64,000 nucleotides of DNA from Glaucostegus cemiculus (GCA_976551045.1 CDPCPM010000301.1:2294001-2358000), one strand, 5' to 3'. Numbered from the stretch's first letter, positions 25,559 to 38,970 are shown. Notes: generated by a model not told the origin, from the sequence alone. Translations and numbers: made by a program.

Positions 25559-27118
25559 AGGCTGTTGTTCCTAAGTGCCTAAAATCTGCCACCATCATAC
25601 CTGTTCCTAAGAAGTCTCCTCCAATGTGTCTGAATGACTTCCGTCCCATAGCTCTAACACCGATTGTCATGAAATGCTTTGAGAGGCTAGTTATGAAGCA
25701 CATTAGAGCCATCCTCCCCCCATCCTTGGATCCTCATCAGTATGCTTATCGGGCAAACAGGTCCACCGATGATGCAGTCTCCTCTGCCATGCACCCTGCA
25801 CTATATCACTTAGAGAAGAAGGATCCATACTGCCAACTGCTATTCATTGACTTCAGCTCCGCTTTCAATACCATCATCCCGCAACAGCTAATCAGGAAGT
25901 TGAGCGCTCTGGGCATTAACTCTCCTCTCTGCAACTGGATACTGGATTTTCTCACTTGCAGGCCGCAGTCAGTCAAAATTGGTGAAAACACCTCAAGCAC
26001 CATCACACTGAGCACTGGCCCCCCACAGGGTTGTGTGCTCAGTCCGCTCCTGTTCACCTTGTTGACTCACGACTGTGAGACCAGATCCAGCTCCAACCGC
26101 ATTGTTAAATTTGCCGATGACACGACAGTGGTGGGTCTTGTCACGAATGACGATGAGTCGGACTAGAGAGAGGAGGTGAAACAACTAGCCGTGTGGTTCG
26201 ATGACAACAACCTCTCCTTGAATGTGGATAAAACCAAGGAGATGATAGTGGATTTTAGGAGGGGTCACCGTGTGCACGCCCCGCTGACCATCAACGGGTC
26301 TGCTGTGGAACAAGTACGCAGCACCAAGTTCCTGGGGGTGCACATCACCGACGACCTGACCTGGTCCACTAACATTACGGCCCTCACGAAGAAAGCTCAG
26401 AAACGTCTCTACTTCCTGCGGAGACTGAGGAAAGCGTACCCCCATTCCTCCATCATGAAAACCTTCTATAGGGAGACCATTGAGAGCATCCTAACTCAAT
26501 GTATCACTGTTTGGTTTGGAAGCTGCTCAGCTGTTGGGCGGAAGTCCCTCCAGAAGATAGTTAGGGCTGCGGAGTGGATCATAGGTGTCTTGCTTCCATC
26601 ACTCGCAGACATATACAAAGACCGTTGTGTGAGGAAGACCAAAAGCATAATGGCCGACCCTTCTCACCCCTCCCACCACCTCTTCACAATTTTGCTATCA
26701 GGGAGGAGGCTTAAATGTATCAGGGCAAGAACGACCAGGCTGAACAATAGCTTCTTTCCGCAAGCCATCAGAACTGCAAACTCTCTCATCCCTCCATCTT
26801 CCTTTGTTAACACTAAGAGATGCTAGGTGCACAGAAATGCACCAGCACCTTAAATGCCCGACACCAGCCTGTTCACTTTAATAACTATTTATTTATTTAC
26901 CAGCCATTTTTAATTTAATCTGCGTACTAATTTAATTTTAACTTCCATAGCTTTTAATGTTTAATGTTTTGTAATGTTTATTCTGTCAAGTGTGTATGTG
27001 TGTCTCTGTTGGTTGTTATGTTATTTTATGGGACGAACACCTGAGGAGGACGGTATCTTGCTCCTATGCATACTATGTATGTATATGGTTGTGACAATAA
27101 AAACTGATTCTGATTCTG
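25559..27118 (+). mobile_element. Young Rex1/Babar LINE, 5'-truncated; RT region with a single premature stop
   Basis: ORFs 25510..26166 and 26176..26826 are one frame split by TAG at 26164-26166. Motifs [66 protein letters not shown] plus (GATTCT)n tail. Confidence 0.92.
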
Positions 27119-27497
27119 AAAGATGTTGAGCAACTGATGTGAGGGGGAATGAGAGGTAAAACTCATTTATTTAGAGAGTACTTAGCAATCCACTGTCTTT
27201 AAGGTTGGTGAAGACAGAAACAATCTATCTACAGAATGAAATCAGATAGGTGTTTGTGAGAGAATAATTTGAAGGGCTACATAGAAACAGCATGAAAACG
27301 GGACTGACGGGATTCCTCTACTAGGAGCCAACATAGACTAAATGGGTCCAGTGGTTCCCTTCTGTGGCTTAACAATTCTATGACTTATGCAGCTTTTTTC
27401 ATCCAACATTGAAATAGTTAAGATGAACTCCTTCTTGCATTTCTTCAAAGTATTGACTGTTTACATGATAATTTCAAAAACGTAGACAATTAATTAC

Positions 27498-27659
27498 CGC
27501 AAAGCATGTTTTAAGCATGTGCAGCTGATGTTTCGGAAAGTTTTGTTTGTCATTTTCATCAACGAATTTATCACCATAAACTCGGGAAGTTTCATGTAAC
27601 AGAAGTCGAACTAAATCATGATTAGTTTTTGCACATTCTGTTGTTGCAAACAGAAAACC
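27498..27659 (-). CDS. DNAH17: Dynein heavy chain exon 12
   Basis: 162 nt, GFLFATTECAKTNHDLVRLLLHETSRVYGDKFVDENDKQNFPKHQLHMLKTCFA; phase 0/0. Confidence 0.92.
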
Positions 27660-28949
27660 CTGTAATTGAAAAAAGTTTAATTAAAAAAACAATATGCTAA
27701 TGCAGATGTGAACGCAACTGTAGTTGTAACTCATGATAGATCTATTGTTTATCATAGAAATTACTTTGAGAAGATATACATGTAGAGTTTTAGCAGTTCC
27801 AATCAATGTTTATGAAGATGACTGGAAACATATTGAAATCCAATGGGAGGTAGCATCACAAAAGGCACACCATATATGAAAGAACTCTAAAATACAAATC
27901 TCTAAGTTATCAGAGTACAGAATCAAGGGATTTGCACAGGAATATAGAACTTATTTAGAGTTATGGAACAAAAAATTCTGAACTTCTGCATAGCTTAATG
28001 CAGATGATATGCCAACTGCGCAGGCTACTTGTGAAGTCTGGTGTTGGGTACAACCTCCATAGATTTCTCAGCAGAACTGTTGGGAACTCAATCAGCTTTC
28101 CAAAAGTTTAAAAAAGTGCAATATAGTCCTGCTGTTGAATTGAGTGATCTCTATCTTCAGAATATCCAGTCACTGACAGTAATCCTTACTTCCTTTGGAA
28201 ATATTGGGTCAAATTTGCCCAAGGGAAACCTTACGTTCAATGTAGGCTACGTGATAAATCTTTGGAAACTTTGGTGTTAGCTATCCAGTTGCCCACAATG
28301 TAAATGGATTGCAGTTGTTAAGAAACCAGGGGCAGAGAAATATGGGGCAGTCCTTGTCTCTAGCTCCACTAATGATCTTCTACTTTCACATAGGGAAATT
28401 AGCAGCAAGCAGTCATTTATTAAGTTGCTGCTAATGACATTGCAGCTCAAGTTCAGTTAAAGTGCCATGTCATAACTGTTATGCCGTTATATTGTAGAAA
28501 TGAACTGATTTTATATTGTAGGGTAAGATAAACTCATTTGAGCAGATACACAGACAACATCAACAGCTTTGATACAAGCAATATCTTTGCTGACTCTGTT
28601 ATTGATCCTCATATAATTAAAAGGTCCAGAGCCTATCAATAGCCATTACATAATTCCTTTCAAAATTTTCACATATCAAGGCATTGTTTACCAAGATTTA
28701 TAAATGTTGTTTATATCAGGTGTTCTTATAAGTTCATTTAAAGTTAATATCTAATTGACTAAAGTTATTCAATTCAGTTCAGTCAAAGAGGTGCAAGTAA
28801 GCAAAAGAAAGTAGAAGAACAAAAGGGAAAGAAATGGTAAGTGAAAGTTTGAGAAAGGAGGAGACAAATTCTATTGGGATGTGAATATCACTGAAAATGC
28901 AAGCATTGGTTGCCCATTCCTAATTGCTCTGAACTGAACACTGCAGCGC

Positions 28950-29870
28950 TAACAACTTTTAGGAAGTTCATCCAAAACAAAGTAGCCTCCTTGATTGGTG
29001 CTCCATCAATTATGCTAAATATTCATTCCCTCCATCACCAAAACACGGTGGCTGCAGTGTGTAACATCTACACAATGCACTGCAATTACTTGCCCAGACC
29101 ACTATAATAGCACCTCTCAAATCTACAATCTGTACTACCAAGATAAGCTATCTTTAATTAGTCACATGTTTATTGAAACATACAGTGAAATATATACTTT
29201 GCATAGAGTGCTCTGGGGGCAGCCCGCACATGTTGCCATGCTTCCTGTGCCAACATAGCATGCCTACAACTTCCTAACCTCTACACCTTTGGAATGTGGG
29301 AGAAAATCCAAGCACCGGGAGGAAACCAGAGCACCCGGAGGAAACCTACACAGACATGGGGAGAACATACAAACTCCTTACAGACAGCGGCCAGATTTGA
29401 ACCCAGGTCGCTGGCAGTGTAAAGCATTACCCTAACCACTACACTACCATGCTTGCCCTGAAGGACAGGCACAGCAGATGCATGGGGAACACCAACATCC
29501 CCAAGTTTCCTTCTAAGTGGGAATGTGGGGAGAATAAAATGGGTTAGGGTAGGATTAGTGCAAAAATGGGTACTTGAGGGTCGGCTTAGACCTGATGGGC
29601 TGAAGGACCAGTTACCATGCTGTAGTTCTTTATATATCTCTCGATGATTCCAAGTTGCATATCATCCCTATTTGAAAATATATTTCTGTTCCTTTGTCAT
29701 CGCTGGATCTAAACTCTGCAAATTCCTACTCAAAAGCACAGTAAGAGTACCTTCACCAGAATGGCTCAGCAATTCAAGATGATGGCTCACCACCACTTCT
29801 CATGGGCAATTAGACATGGACAATAAATGCTGGCCTTGCCAGTGGCACCCAGATCTTGAAGTGAATAGTA
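28950..29870 (+). mobile_element. Old L2/CR1-group LINE 3' region interrupted by a V-SINE and a CR1 tail
   Basis: LNIHSLHHQNTVAAVCNIYTMHC (ORF 28910..29107); GGGCAATTAG...AATAAATGCTGGCCTTGCCAG tail. Related copies near 12150-12720, 16980-17390, 40520-40870 (-) and 51030-51530 (-). Confidence 0.6.
29138..29457 (-). mobile_element. tRNA-derived V-SINE, full length
   Basis: A-box-like GGTAGTGTAGTGGT and B-box GGTTCAAATC; V-domain GGAGTTTGTATGTTCTCCCC...GGTTTCCTCCGGGTGCTC; tail CATGTGACTAATTAAAGATAGCTTATCTT. Confidence 0.85.
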
Positions 29871-30644
29871 AAATAAGATTATTTAACTATAATGACATCA
29901 AGTACACTTATAGCCAAGATCAAAGTCAGCCAATGAATTAAGTTTAGTTGGTCAACATCTGCTTAATTCCTATATGGTGCTCTCACCATTATTAACCAAT
30001 CTGTGACAGTTACAGATGTTCAATTGATGGAACTGGTCATTCCCTGTGGAGGGGTATTGTGGACAATTCAGAGAACTACAGCTTAGGAACAATACCAAGG
30101 CATTAGAAAAGATGTAAAAAAGATTTGCTAAAATAATACCATCAATTAAACCCTTAGGTTGTGGGGTTATTCTCTTTAGAGCAAAGGTTAAAGCAAAATT
30201 TAATGCACTATTCAAAATAATGAAGAATATGTAATGATTTGGAATGCACTGTGTGGAAAAAAATTGTGGAAGAAAATTCAAGGATAATTTTCAAAAATGG
30301 AGTTGAATAAATACTATAAGTGAAAAAAAAAATTGCAGGCTTTTGGGGATAGAGTATGGCAGTCAGAGAAATTCAGATGTCTCTTTCAGAGAACAAGTCC
30401 AGGCACGAAGGACGAATGGCCCTTCCATGCTAATCATTCTAACTGCACTAGAAACAGGCACTGACTAATTGGCTACAGATGTATATAGAATTCATCACTA
30501 TTATAGGTTTCTACATTTGTGTTCATAAAATATTTTAAAAGTTATTTTAAGCTATTTAAAATGGGTTCCTCTCAGGTGTGGATAATATGATTTGACTAAA
30601 ATTTCCTTTTTGTAATGAATTTTTTTTAAAACATATATTGAATG

Positions 30645-32415
30645 GTGAGGGGAACAGACAGGTGGCTACACGTGAGTCTCCAGAATGGTATGTTGCCTCC
30701 TTGGTGCCAGGATCAAGGATATCTCAGAGCAGTTACTGAAGCTATTCTAAAAGGTAAAGCTGAACAGCTAGAGGTCATAGTACACGTTAGTAGTAATGGC
30801 ATAGGTAGAAAGAGGGATGAGGTGCTGCAATATGAATTTATAGAGTTAGGCATAAGTTTAAAGGCAGGACATTCAGGATTACTTCCCGTGCTACATGCCA
30901 GTGAGCGTTAAAATAAGAAGACAGGTTAGATGAATGTGTGGCTAAAGAGTTAGTGCAGGGGAAGAGTTTTAGAGACTTGGAACATTGGGATCACTTCTGG
31001 GGCAGGTGGAACCTATATATGAAAGGCAGATTGCACCTGAACAGGGAGGTTTGCTGATGTAAATGAGGGTTTAATCTAATCTAGTAAGGGTTGGGATGCA
31101 AAGTAGCAGTGCGGCAGATGAAGAGACCCAGTCAAATGTTGAGAAAAAATCAAGCATGTCCAATGGCCAGAGGCATGTTAAAGAACATGGGAGCACTGGT
31201 AGGCTAAACTGCATTTAATTTAATGCAAGGGACCTCACAGATGATTCTGATGAGCTCTAGGATTAGCATGTACAATTACAACATTATTGCAATTACAGAA
31301 ATGTTGTTGAGCAAAGGGGTAATCTAAGTGTGGAGCCAGTGGATATGAGCAAGGCCCTAAATGAATATTTCTCAATTGTATTCGCCAAGCATAAGGACTT
31401 GGAAGATAGTAAGCTCAAGGTAGCAATGTTGATATCCTGAAACATGTTAGCATTAAGGAGATGTTAGGTACCTTGGAGTGTATAAAGATGGATCAATCCC
31501 AGAAACTGAGGAGTTTTATCGCAGGCTGTTATGAGATGCAAGGGATGAATCTGCTGGGACCCTGATGGAGATTTTTGCATCTTCATTAGCCAGAGATGAG
31601 GTACCGGAGACTGAATGATAGCTATCGTTGTTCCTTTATTGAAGAAGATTGGCAGAAATAAGCCAGGCTGGTGAACATTACATCAGTAGTAGGGAAAAGG
31701 GATAGGATTTATTTACGCTTGGAAAGGCAAGGACTGTTTAGTGATAGTCAGCACATCTGTGGAAAATCCTGTGACATTAATTTGAGTATTTTGAAGAGGT
31801 AGCTAAGAAGATTGATGAGCTCAGATAGATGTTGTCTCCATGTACCTTAAGACCTTTGAAAAGGTTCCGCATGGTGGCCTCACTCAGAAGGTTAGAGAAT
31901 ATGGGATCCAAGTCAAGCTTGCAAATCGGATCTAAAATTGGCTTGGTGATAGCAGAGGTTGGTGGTGGAGGGATGTGCTTTTGATTGGAAGTCTGTGACC
32001 AGTGGTCTACCGCCAGGATTGGTCCTGGAACCTTTGATGTCTTGTGATATATATTGAAGAGTTTGATTGAATACAAAAGGTATGATTAGTAAGTTTGGTG
32101 GTGTTGTAGATAGCGAAGAAGACTGGCTAATGCTACTAAAAGGATATAGATCAGCTGAAGGGATGGACAGAGCAACAGATGGAATTTAATCCTGGCAAGA
32201 GTGAAATGATGCAAATTGGGTAGTTAATTGAGGTTAGGACATGTACAGTAGATTGGAGGGCCCCAAGGAGAGTTGATGAACAGAAAGACCTTGGGAATAC
32301 AAGTCCACATTTCCCTGAAAATGGCAAAATAGGCAGATAGGATGGTGAAGAAAGCATATGGCATGTTTCCCTTCACTGGACAGGGCAAGGAATATAAGTG
32401 TTACAATGTAACATT
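30645..32415 (+). mobile_element. Degenerate CR1 with ORF1 esterase (SGNH) remnant and internally deleted ORF2
   Basis: ILKGKAEQLEVIVHVSSNGIGRKRDEVLQ (ORF1 esterase-like), then decayed APE start and RT (KTFEKVPHG, QMEFNPGKSE). Confidence 0.75.
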
Positions 32416-32672
32416 GCGATATTTTTTTCTTTGTTCCATGGTAGATTTTCTATTAGGTCACATGAAAAAAATGAGAGAAAAACAATTTATCAAAATTAGC
32501 TTAATCTAAATCAAAATCTCGATTTATACCAAAGCAGATGACCTTGATTATTTTATGTATAATTATAAACTCAACGTATGTATGCATGAAGAAAAAATAG
32601 TAATCCAAAGAATTACAGAAGTAAAAACAGCTGCATGTGATGATACATTCAAAGGGATAAAATATACTATAC

Positions 32673-32764
32673 CTGGAATATATTAGAAAGGTCTCTCAGA
32701 TTGAAGATATAATGAAATTTTATGGCAGTTGGCAGGTAAAATGATGTTATTTTCTGGTGCAAAG
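32673..32764 (-). CDS. DNAH17: Dynein heavy chain exon 11
   Basis: 92 nt, (A)[30 protein letters not shown]; phase 1/0. Confidence 0.95.
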
Positions 32765-33569
32765 CTGTCAATAATGAACAAAGTTTTTAAAAAGCCTTAA
32801 AATATCACAATGTCACTATTAAAGCATTAAAAAGATCCTATTGATTTGACAATTGTGCCAGAATTATTCATTCCATAGAATAATAGGAGTAAGAATTCAA
32901 TCAACAACAGTGGCAAGCAGCAGCAGAGAACTAAACTTTAGGGAATAGTATTGGGATTATGAGTTAGGTGAAGTGGGAGAAATTATTTCTTCATGTTACA
33001 CTCCCCAGCTTCTTGCTAGAGAACATAGAACCAAATTATGAGGACCTTGCAATACTGTGGTTGAGATTTTCTATTCTCATTGGAGCATGTTCTGCAAGGA
33101 AGGATCAGATGGTAAGATAGTGTGGGAGTTGGGAGAGGCATGAAAACAGAAAATTCTGGAAACAGTCAGCAGGTCAGCAGCATCTGTGGAAAGAGAAACT
33201 GATTTTTAAATATTTCATTTAGAGATAGGGGAGGACATGGCTCAGAAGCTGAAGAAAGTCCATCTATAATCTGCTCCATCATATCCCTGCACATTCTTTT
33301 GTCTTTACATTTTGTACCAGAGGTTTATGACATGCATGGGTGCGTGTATTAGGATGACACTCCTTAACCTTGGAACTATGTCATGGCATAATTACTGTCA
33401 CTGAGCCACAGCAAACCTTGATGCCATGGGTATTCTTTCATCCCCTGGCATCCTAGTATGGTAGTGGGGGACTGAGATACTCAAAGCCTGAAAAGTTCGG
33501 TAACTGACTGTGGAACACAATATATTGTGATTGTAAGATGCAAAATCATATCAACTAGAGCACTATATT

Positions 33570-34055
33570 TAGTTCTAGTCACCACACTGTCAGAAAAGGT
33601 AATAGGCGTGGATGAAACCTGGGATGGAGTGGTTCAGCTACGAGGAGAAACTGGATAGGCTGTGATGGTTTTCTTTGGAGCAGAGAAGACTGAGGAGTGA
33701 CCTAATGTATCTAAATGAGATGTATCAAATTATGAGGTGTATAGCCACCATAGGTAGAGAGGAACATTTCCCCTTACCAAAAGTGTCTCTGACCAGAAGG
33801 CAAAAGGTTTAAGAAAAGGGTTACGAAATTTAGAAGAGATCTGAAGAAGAATTTTTTTTCATTCAGAGGGTGGATGAAACCTAGACCTCACTGCATGAAG
33901 GGATGATGGTGGCAGGTCCTCTCACAACAGTTGAGTATTTGGATAAGCACTTGAAACACCATGGAATAGAAGTCTACTTCCAACTGCAAGGTAATGGGAT
34001 CAGTATATACAGGTATGGCATGGATGGCTGGCACATATATAGTGGGCTTTATGGT
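33570..34055 (+). mobile_element. Degenerate CR1 3' fragment
   Basis: GAGCAGAGAAGACTGAGG...AAATTATGAGG...CAGAGGGTGG pattern. Confidence 0.6.
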
Positions 34056-34074
34056 AGTCTTTCGGATGAGGGAT

Positions 34075-34210
34075 GAAGCCTGAGCACCTAGGGGCAAACC
34101 ACATGGTCACAGGGAGAATGTGCAAACTCTACATTGACAGTATCTAAAATTGGGATTGAACTCAAGTCACTGAAGGTATGAGGTAGCAGTCCTAATAGCT
34201 GTGCCACGAT
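34075..34210 (-). mobile_element. Degenerate V-SINE 5' part
   Basis: Reverse complement of tRNA head plus GAGTTTGCACATTCTCCCTGTGACC. Confidence 0.5.
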
Positions 34211-34647
34211 GAAGACCCATCTCACTCTAAAGGCCAATCTTAATCAATCTCTCCTCATACACAAACCTCCTTATACTGGGAATAAACTTTGTGAATTTAC
34301 ATGTGCGACCTCTGCAGCAAGTATATTCTTGCTTTGGTAAGGACACCAAAATAGCACAGAGTACTCTAGCTGTGGACCTTGTTCTCTGACAAAGAGCCTA
34401 CTTTCAAGCCCTCACCTCCCGCTATACAGTGTTAAACAGTGCTATACAATCACATTTTCAGTCCAGTAAATCCACATTAAACAGAATGAATGCACACTTT
34501 GAAAGAAGACTGTTGCAGAAAAAAATACAAAACAAAAACCAAAAAGTCCAGAGCTCTAGTAATTTATGGACAAATATTGATTTGATTATTAGAAAAGAAA
34601 TAAACATAGGAAAGCCAAGAGTTTATTTTGTATCTTTATGCGTTTAC

Positions 34648-34795
34648 CAAGGGCTGCAGTGACCAGCTGTGAATGGAACTTTATCATGGGTGGCAGAAAA
34701 TTACGATTCACTAAGTGTTGATGGAGGATAGCACTGTATATGGAGTGAAGTGCATCTTGTCCTGGGAAACTCACAGCGAAGACACAGAAATGACG
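34648..34795 (-). CDS. DNAH17: Dynein heavy chain exon 10
   Basis: 148 nt, RHFCVFAVSFPGQDALHSIYSAILHQHL...QLVTAAL; phase 0/1. Confidence 0.95.
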
Positions 34796-35119
34796 CTGAA
34801 ATAATAAGGTATAAAAAACATAATTATATGTGCAACAACATAATAACTAATCTCAGACAGTAAAATCTTGAAATGGCAAAATCAGTTTCATATTAAATGA
34901 AGACAAATTTTATTATTTATACCACAGGAAAATTGAAATGCAGTAGTACTTTATAAGCAAATGTGAATTAAGAACAAAATTGATAATATCATGATTGATA
35001 ACATAACTGAGGGCCAGAAGGGAAATATTCTTAGACTTAATTTGCAGACCCCTCAAGGAAAAGCCATTTTGCAGGGAACTGCAAAACCATTTAGCAAATA
35101 TCTGGAATGGGCATGTTAT

Positions 35120-35550
35120 CATAAGGGAAAAAAGTTGAACAGACCAGACTTGTTTCCACTGGAGTTTAGAAGAGTGATAGGGGACTTGATTTAAACATAA
35201 AGGTTCCTGAGGACATGGTAAATATGGACAGGATGTTTCCTCTTGTGGAAAAATCTAGAATTAGGGGTTACTGTTTAAATATGTGGGGCTGCCCAATTAA
35301 GACAGGGATGAGATTTTTTCCGTCAGAAGGTTATATGTCTTTGAAACTCTCTTCTTCAAAAGGTTAGTAGCAGAGACTTTGAATATTTTAAGGCACAGGT
35401 AAATAATTAAGGTAAGCAAGGGATGAAAGATTACAGCAGGTGGACAAAAATGCACAATTCAGGTTACGATCAGATCAACCATGACCTCATTAAGTGACAG
35501 AGTGGATTCAATGACCGAGCAGCCTACTCCTGCTCCAAATTTGTATGTTT
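35120..35550 (+). mobile_element. Degenerate CR1 3' fragment
   Basis: KLNRPDLFPLEFRRVIGDLI; tail GCCTACTCCTGCTCC. Confidence 0.65.
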
Positions 35551-36446
35551 ATATATTTAAATTGAAACTTATTCAATATTGTATTTCAAAATGTTTTGGA
35601 CATTAAAACTGCATTGACAGTCTTTTATTTCCTTTATAAAAGGGCTGTTAAAATATGAAAAGCTGCAAAAGTAAAGATCCCCTTCCCTTGCTGCTTACCT
35701 CATGAATTTCTCATAAATTCTATGTGCTGGTAAAATTGATAAAATATAATACACGTATTAGGATAGCAGAAAACAATACCTTTAAATGCGATTTGAGCAG
35801 ATGAAAGCCATAAATTGAAATTGGAAAAAAAAGTCAATTTAGAGTTATTATCAAACCTGTTTAATTTTTGTAAGGTTTATTAAATATAATTATTTTATGA
35901 TAATAAATACCCATTGTGACTAAAGGATCATGTGGCCTGTTCTGTTCTTCACTACTGTTGATTATTTACTATTACTTTGTCATTTTCACACTCACCTGTG
36001 TTTTGTCAATTATTTTTTCTTAAATATGCTCCTGTCAAATTGTATTTATGACTGAATATTTTCACCTTGACTTTGAAGAATGACAGAAATTAAAATTTAT
36101 AAACTGTTATAGCAGACGCTTTGCAGGGGAGAGATTCCAAGGGAATAAAAGTATAAATAAAGAGGATAAATTTCAATTGTTTCGTATCAGATAATGAAAT
36201 GCTCTATCAACCCAGATGATGAGAGTTATTTTACTTTGTAATTGCCTGATTAAGTAAAAAGTTAAACTTGGCTGACATAAATCTGGTTACTTTGTTGGAT
36301 TGCAAGTTGAATTTCGTTTATGTCTCAGGGATGAGGGAAATTCAAGAGATCATTAATACACAGTGTAAGATTTTGTACAAAAAATTCTGATGATTACTAT
36401 ATCTCTGCTGATTTATTGTCATATTTTCTGTGAGGTATTCTGTGAG

Positions 36447-36741
36447 GGCAGGCACGGTAGTGCAACGGTTAGCATAACGCTATTACAGCGCCAGGGACAC
36501 AGATTCAATTCCAGCCACTGTTTATAAGGAGTGTGTACATTCTCCTGTGTCTGCGTGGGTTTCCTCCGAGTGCTCCAGTTTCCTCCCACATTCCAAATAC
36601 ATACCGGTTAAGAAGTTGTGGGCATACTATGTTGGCGCTGGAAGCGTGGCAACACTTGCGGGCCGCCCCCATAACACTCTACGCAAAAGATGCATTTCAC
36701 TGTGTGTTTCGATATACATGTGACTAATAAAGATATCTTAT
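36447..36741 (+). mobile_element. tRNA-derived V-SINE, full length (same family as 29138-29457, opposite strand)
   Basis: GGCACGGTAGTGCAACGGTTAGC head; TCTGCGTGGGTTTCCTCCGAGTGCTCC V-domain; CATGTGACTAATAAAGATATCTTAT tail. Confidence 0.85.
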
Positions 36742-36823
36742 ATAAAAAGAGGGAGGACATGTGGACCAATGTCAAATAACAAAACACGTCATATTTCAAA
36801 GAAAACCATCCATAACAAACTAC

Positions 36824-36926
36824 CTGAAGCCGAGAATCAATTGTAAAGCTACCGGCTGTGGGATTCATACAAGCAACATACTGGCAATTATGAATATCTT
36901 TCAACGTCAACTTGATCTTATCATAC
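36824..36926 (-). CDS. DNAH17: Dynein heavy chain exon 9
   Basis: 103 nt, [34 protein letters not shown]; phase 2/0. Confidence 0.95.
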
Positions 36927-37364
36927 CTAGTGAGAAATATGCACAATAGTTAAAGAGAAAATAATTTATATTAACATTCCCATTAAAATATTACATGTTA
37001 TTTTTCAGTAACTCAGATTATATTCACAATTACGTGTACTGGTGTAATTGGTATAATTTGTAGAAGGATTTATTGATAAATAGAAGGACCTTTAACTTCT
37101 GGATGGGAACTCAGAAGACAAAGGCTTCAACTGGAGGTTTAGTCAACTTTAACAACCAGTGTTCCTTAGCATCTATTGGCTTTCTTCCAAATCAGAGCAG
37201 TTTTTCTGGGAAACTCAGCAGCTTTGAACATACAAAGATTGGCTTGTTTGAAAACTGGTTGTCAAATATAAGGGAAGTTAAAATCCCCTTTCACATGGAA
37301 AATGGGATCTCCAAATTTTAAAATATCATAAAAAGCTATGACTCGAAAAGAGTGACACAAGAAT

Positions 37365-37640
37365 GTTTAAGACAGAGATGAGGAGAAATTTCTTTAGCCA
37401 GAGGGTGATGAATTTATGGAATTCCTTGCCACAGAAAGCAGTGGAGGCCAGATCATTGGATGTATTCAAGAAGGAGATAGATATCTAATTAGTCAAGATA
37501 TCAAGAAATACGGAGATAAGGCTGGAATTTGGGGTTAGAATAAGTGTTTTTTTTTCTTTTACCCCACCTCCCCTTCCCTTTGGAGCAGACTCGATGGGCC
37601 AAATGGCCTACTTCTGCTCCCTTGTCTTGTGATCTTGTGA
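37365..37640 (+). mobile_element. CR1 3' end
   Basis: GAGATGAGGAGAAATTTCTTTAGCCAGAGGGTG...GGGCCAAATGGCCTACTTCTGCTCC with (TCTTGTGA)2 tail. Confidence 0.75.
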
Positions 37641-37738
37641 AATGACAAAACAGAAAGCTATACGCACAAGACTTTTAATAATGGTGGTAAAATGATGCCA
37701 ATATTTGAAGCTTAATGGTAACTAAGCAGATTACTTAC

Positions 37739-37904
37739 CAGTGTCCATGATCCAAGTGTTGTCTGATTAATGTGTGAGGTGCTACAGTTCCATACTTATC
37801 CACTTCAGGCATGTTCATGTCATCAATAAAATAGACTAATCTCTTAGTTCCGGGGGGGCCAAAGTTTCTTCCTGTTTTCTTTTCCAATTGCTTCTCAAGA
37901 ACAG
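37739..37904 (-). CDS. DNAH17: Dynein heavy chain exon 8 (AAA3 Walker B region)
   Basis: 166 nt, (A)[54 protein letters not shown](W); phase 1/2. Confidence 0.95.
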
Positions 37905-38629
37905 CTAAAGGAAATTCAGACCTAACTCTTCAGTTTATTTATCCAATATTTCAAATGCTATGATATTCAAGATTTCGTCAGAGCAAGTTATTTTATACAG
38001 CTTATGCAATGATGTTTATTGACATGATCCTTGTTAGAATTAGAGTCTAGCCAATCAATAATCTGCGGGATCTATCAATATTCTCTTGGATCAATTGTTA
38101 CAGAAAAATGCTAATAATGGACAAAGTCTTTCTGGGTATTTACATGATTGTAACAGAGATCCTTAAATATTAACTATGAACCAGGCGACTCCATATTTCA
38201 TGTGTATTTTTTTACTGTTCCTTCCAAGTGACTCTGTCTTTATATTGAGTGTGATTTTCTTAATAGATTAAGACAACTTTCATCCCTGTCACTCAGACTG
38301 AAAAATTACATGAAATGGAATGACTTGCATTTAAACAATGCCCTAATTTACCTACTAATAAAGAATTTCCAAAACAATAATGATTAGAGTATCATGTCAA
38401 TGAAATGTTTTATTAATCCTTATTTCAAGTTTTTAAATTAGTTTTTCCCTTTAATCAGTGATCATTCCTAGGAAGATGCTAGTTTTGAAACAACAGCAGA
38501 AAGATTTGGATAAATAATCAAGACTGGAAGGTGAACTAAAAGATATAAAAGAAACAACTTTTCCAAAAGGCGAGAGATTCAGATTTAGTTTATGCTGGGT
38601 TTAGTTTATTTATTTAGATTTAGTTTATT

Positions 38630-38970
38630 GCCAGCTCCATCATGGGCGCAACCCTCCCCCACAAACAAGGACATGGTGCATCAAGAAGGTGGCATCCATC
38701 TGTAAGGACCCTCACCATCTGGGACATGTCCTCTATTCATAACTACCATCAGGGAGGTGGTACAGGAGCCTGAAGACCCACACTTAATGATTCAGGAACA
38801 GCTTCTTTCCCTCCACCATCAGATTTCCGAACGGTCCATGAACACAACCTTATTATTCCTTTTTGCTACATATTTTTGTAATTTATATACCTTTATGTCT
38901 ATACACTGTGCTGCTGCAAAACAACACATTTCACGTCATATATCACTGATAATAAATCTGATTCTGATTC
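38630..38970 (+). mobile_element. Rex1/Babar-type 3' fragment
   Basis: KDPHHLGH...LPSGRWYRSLKT; AATAAATCTGATTCTGATTC tail. Confidence 0.75.

Noticed and set aside
36447-36520. tRNA gene
   Set aside because: A/B-box-like head runs straight into a V-domain and LINE-type tail with no cloverleaf; it is a SINE.
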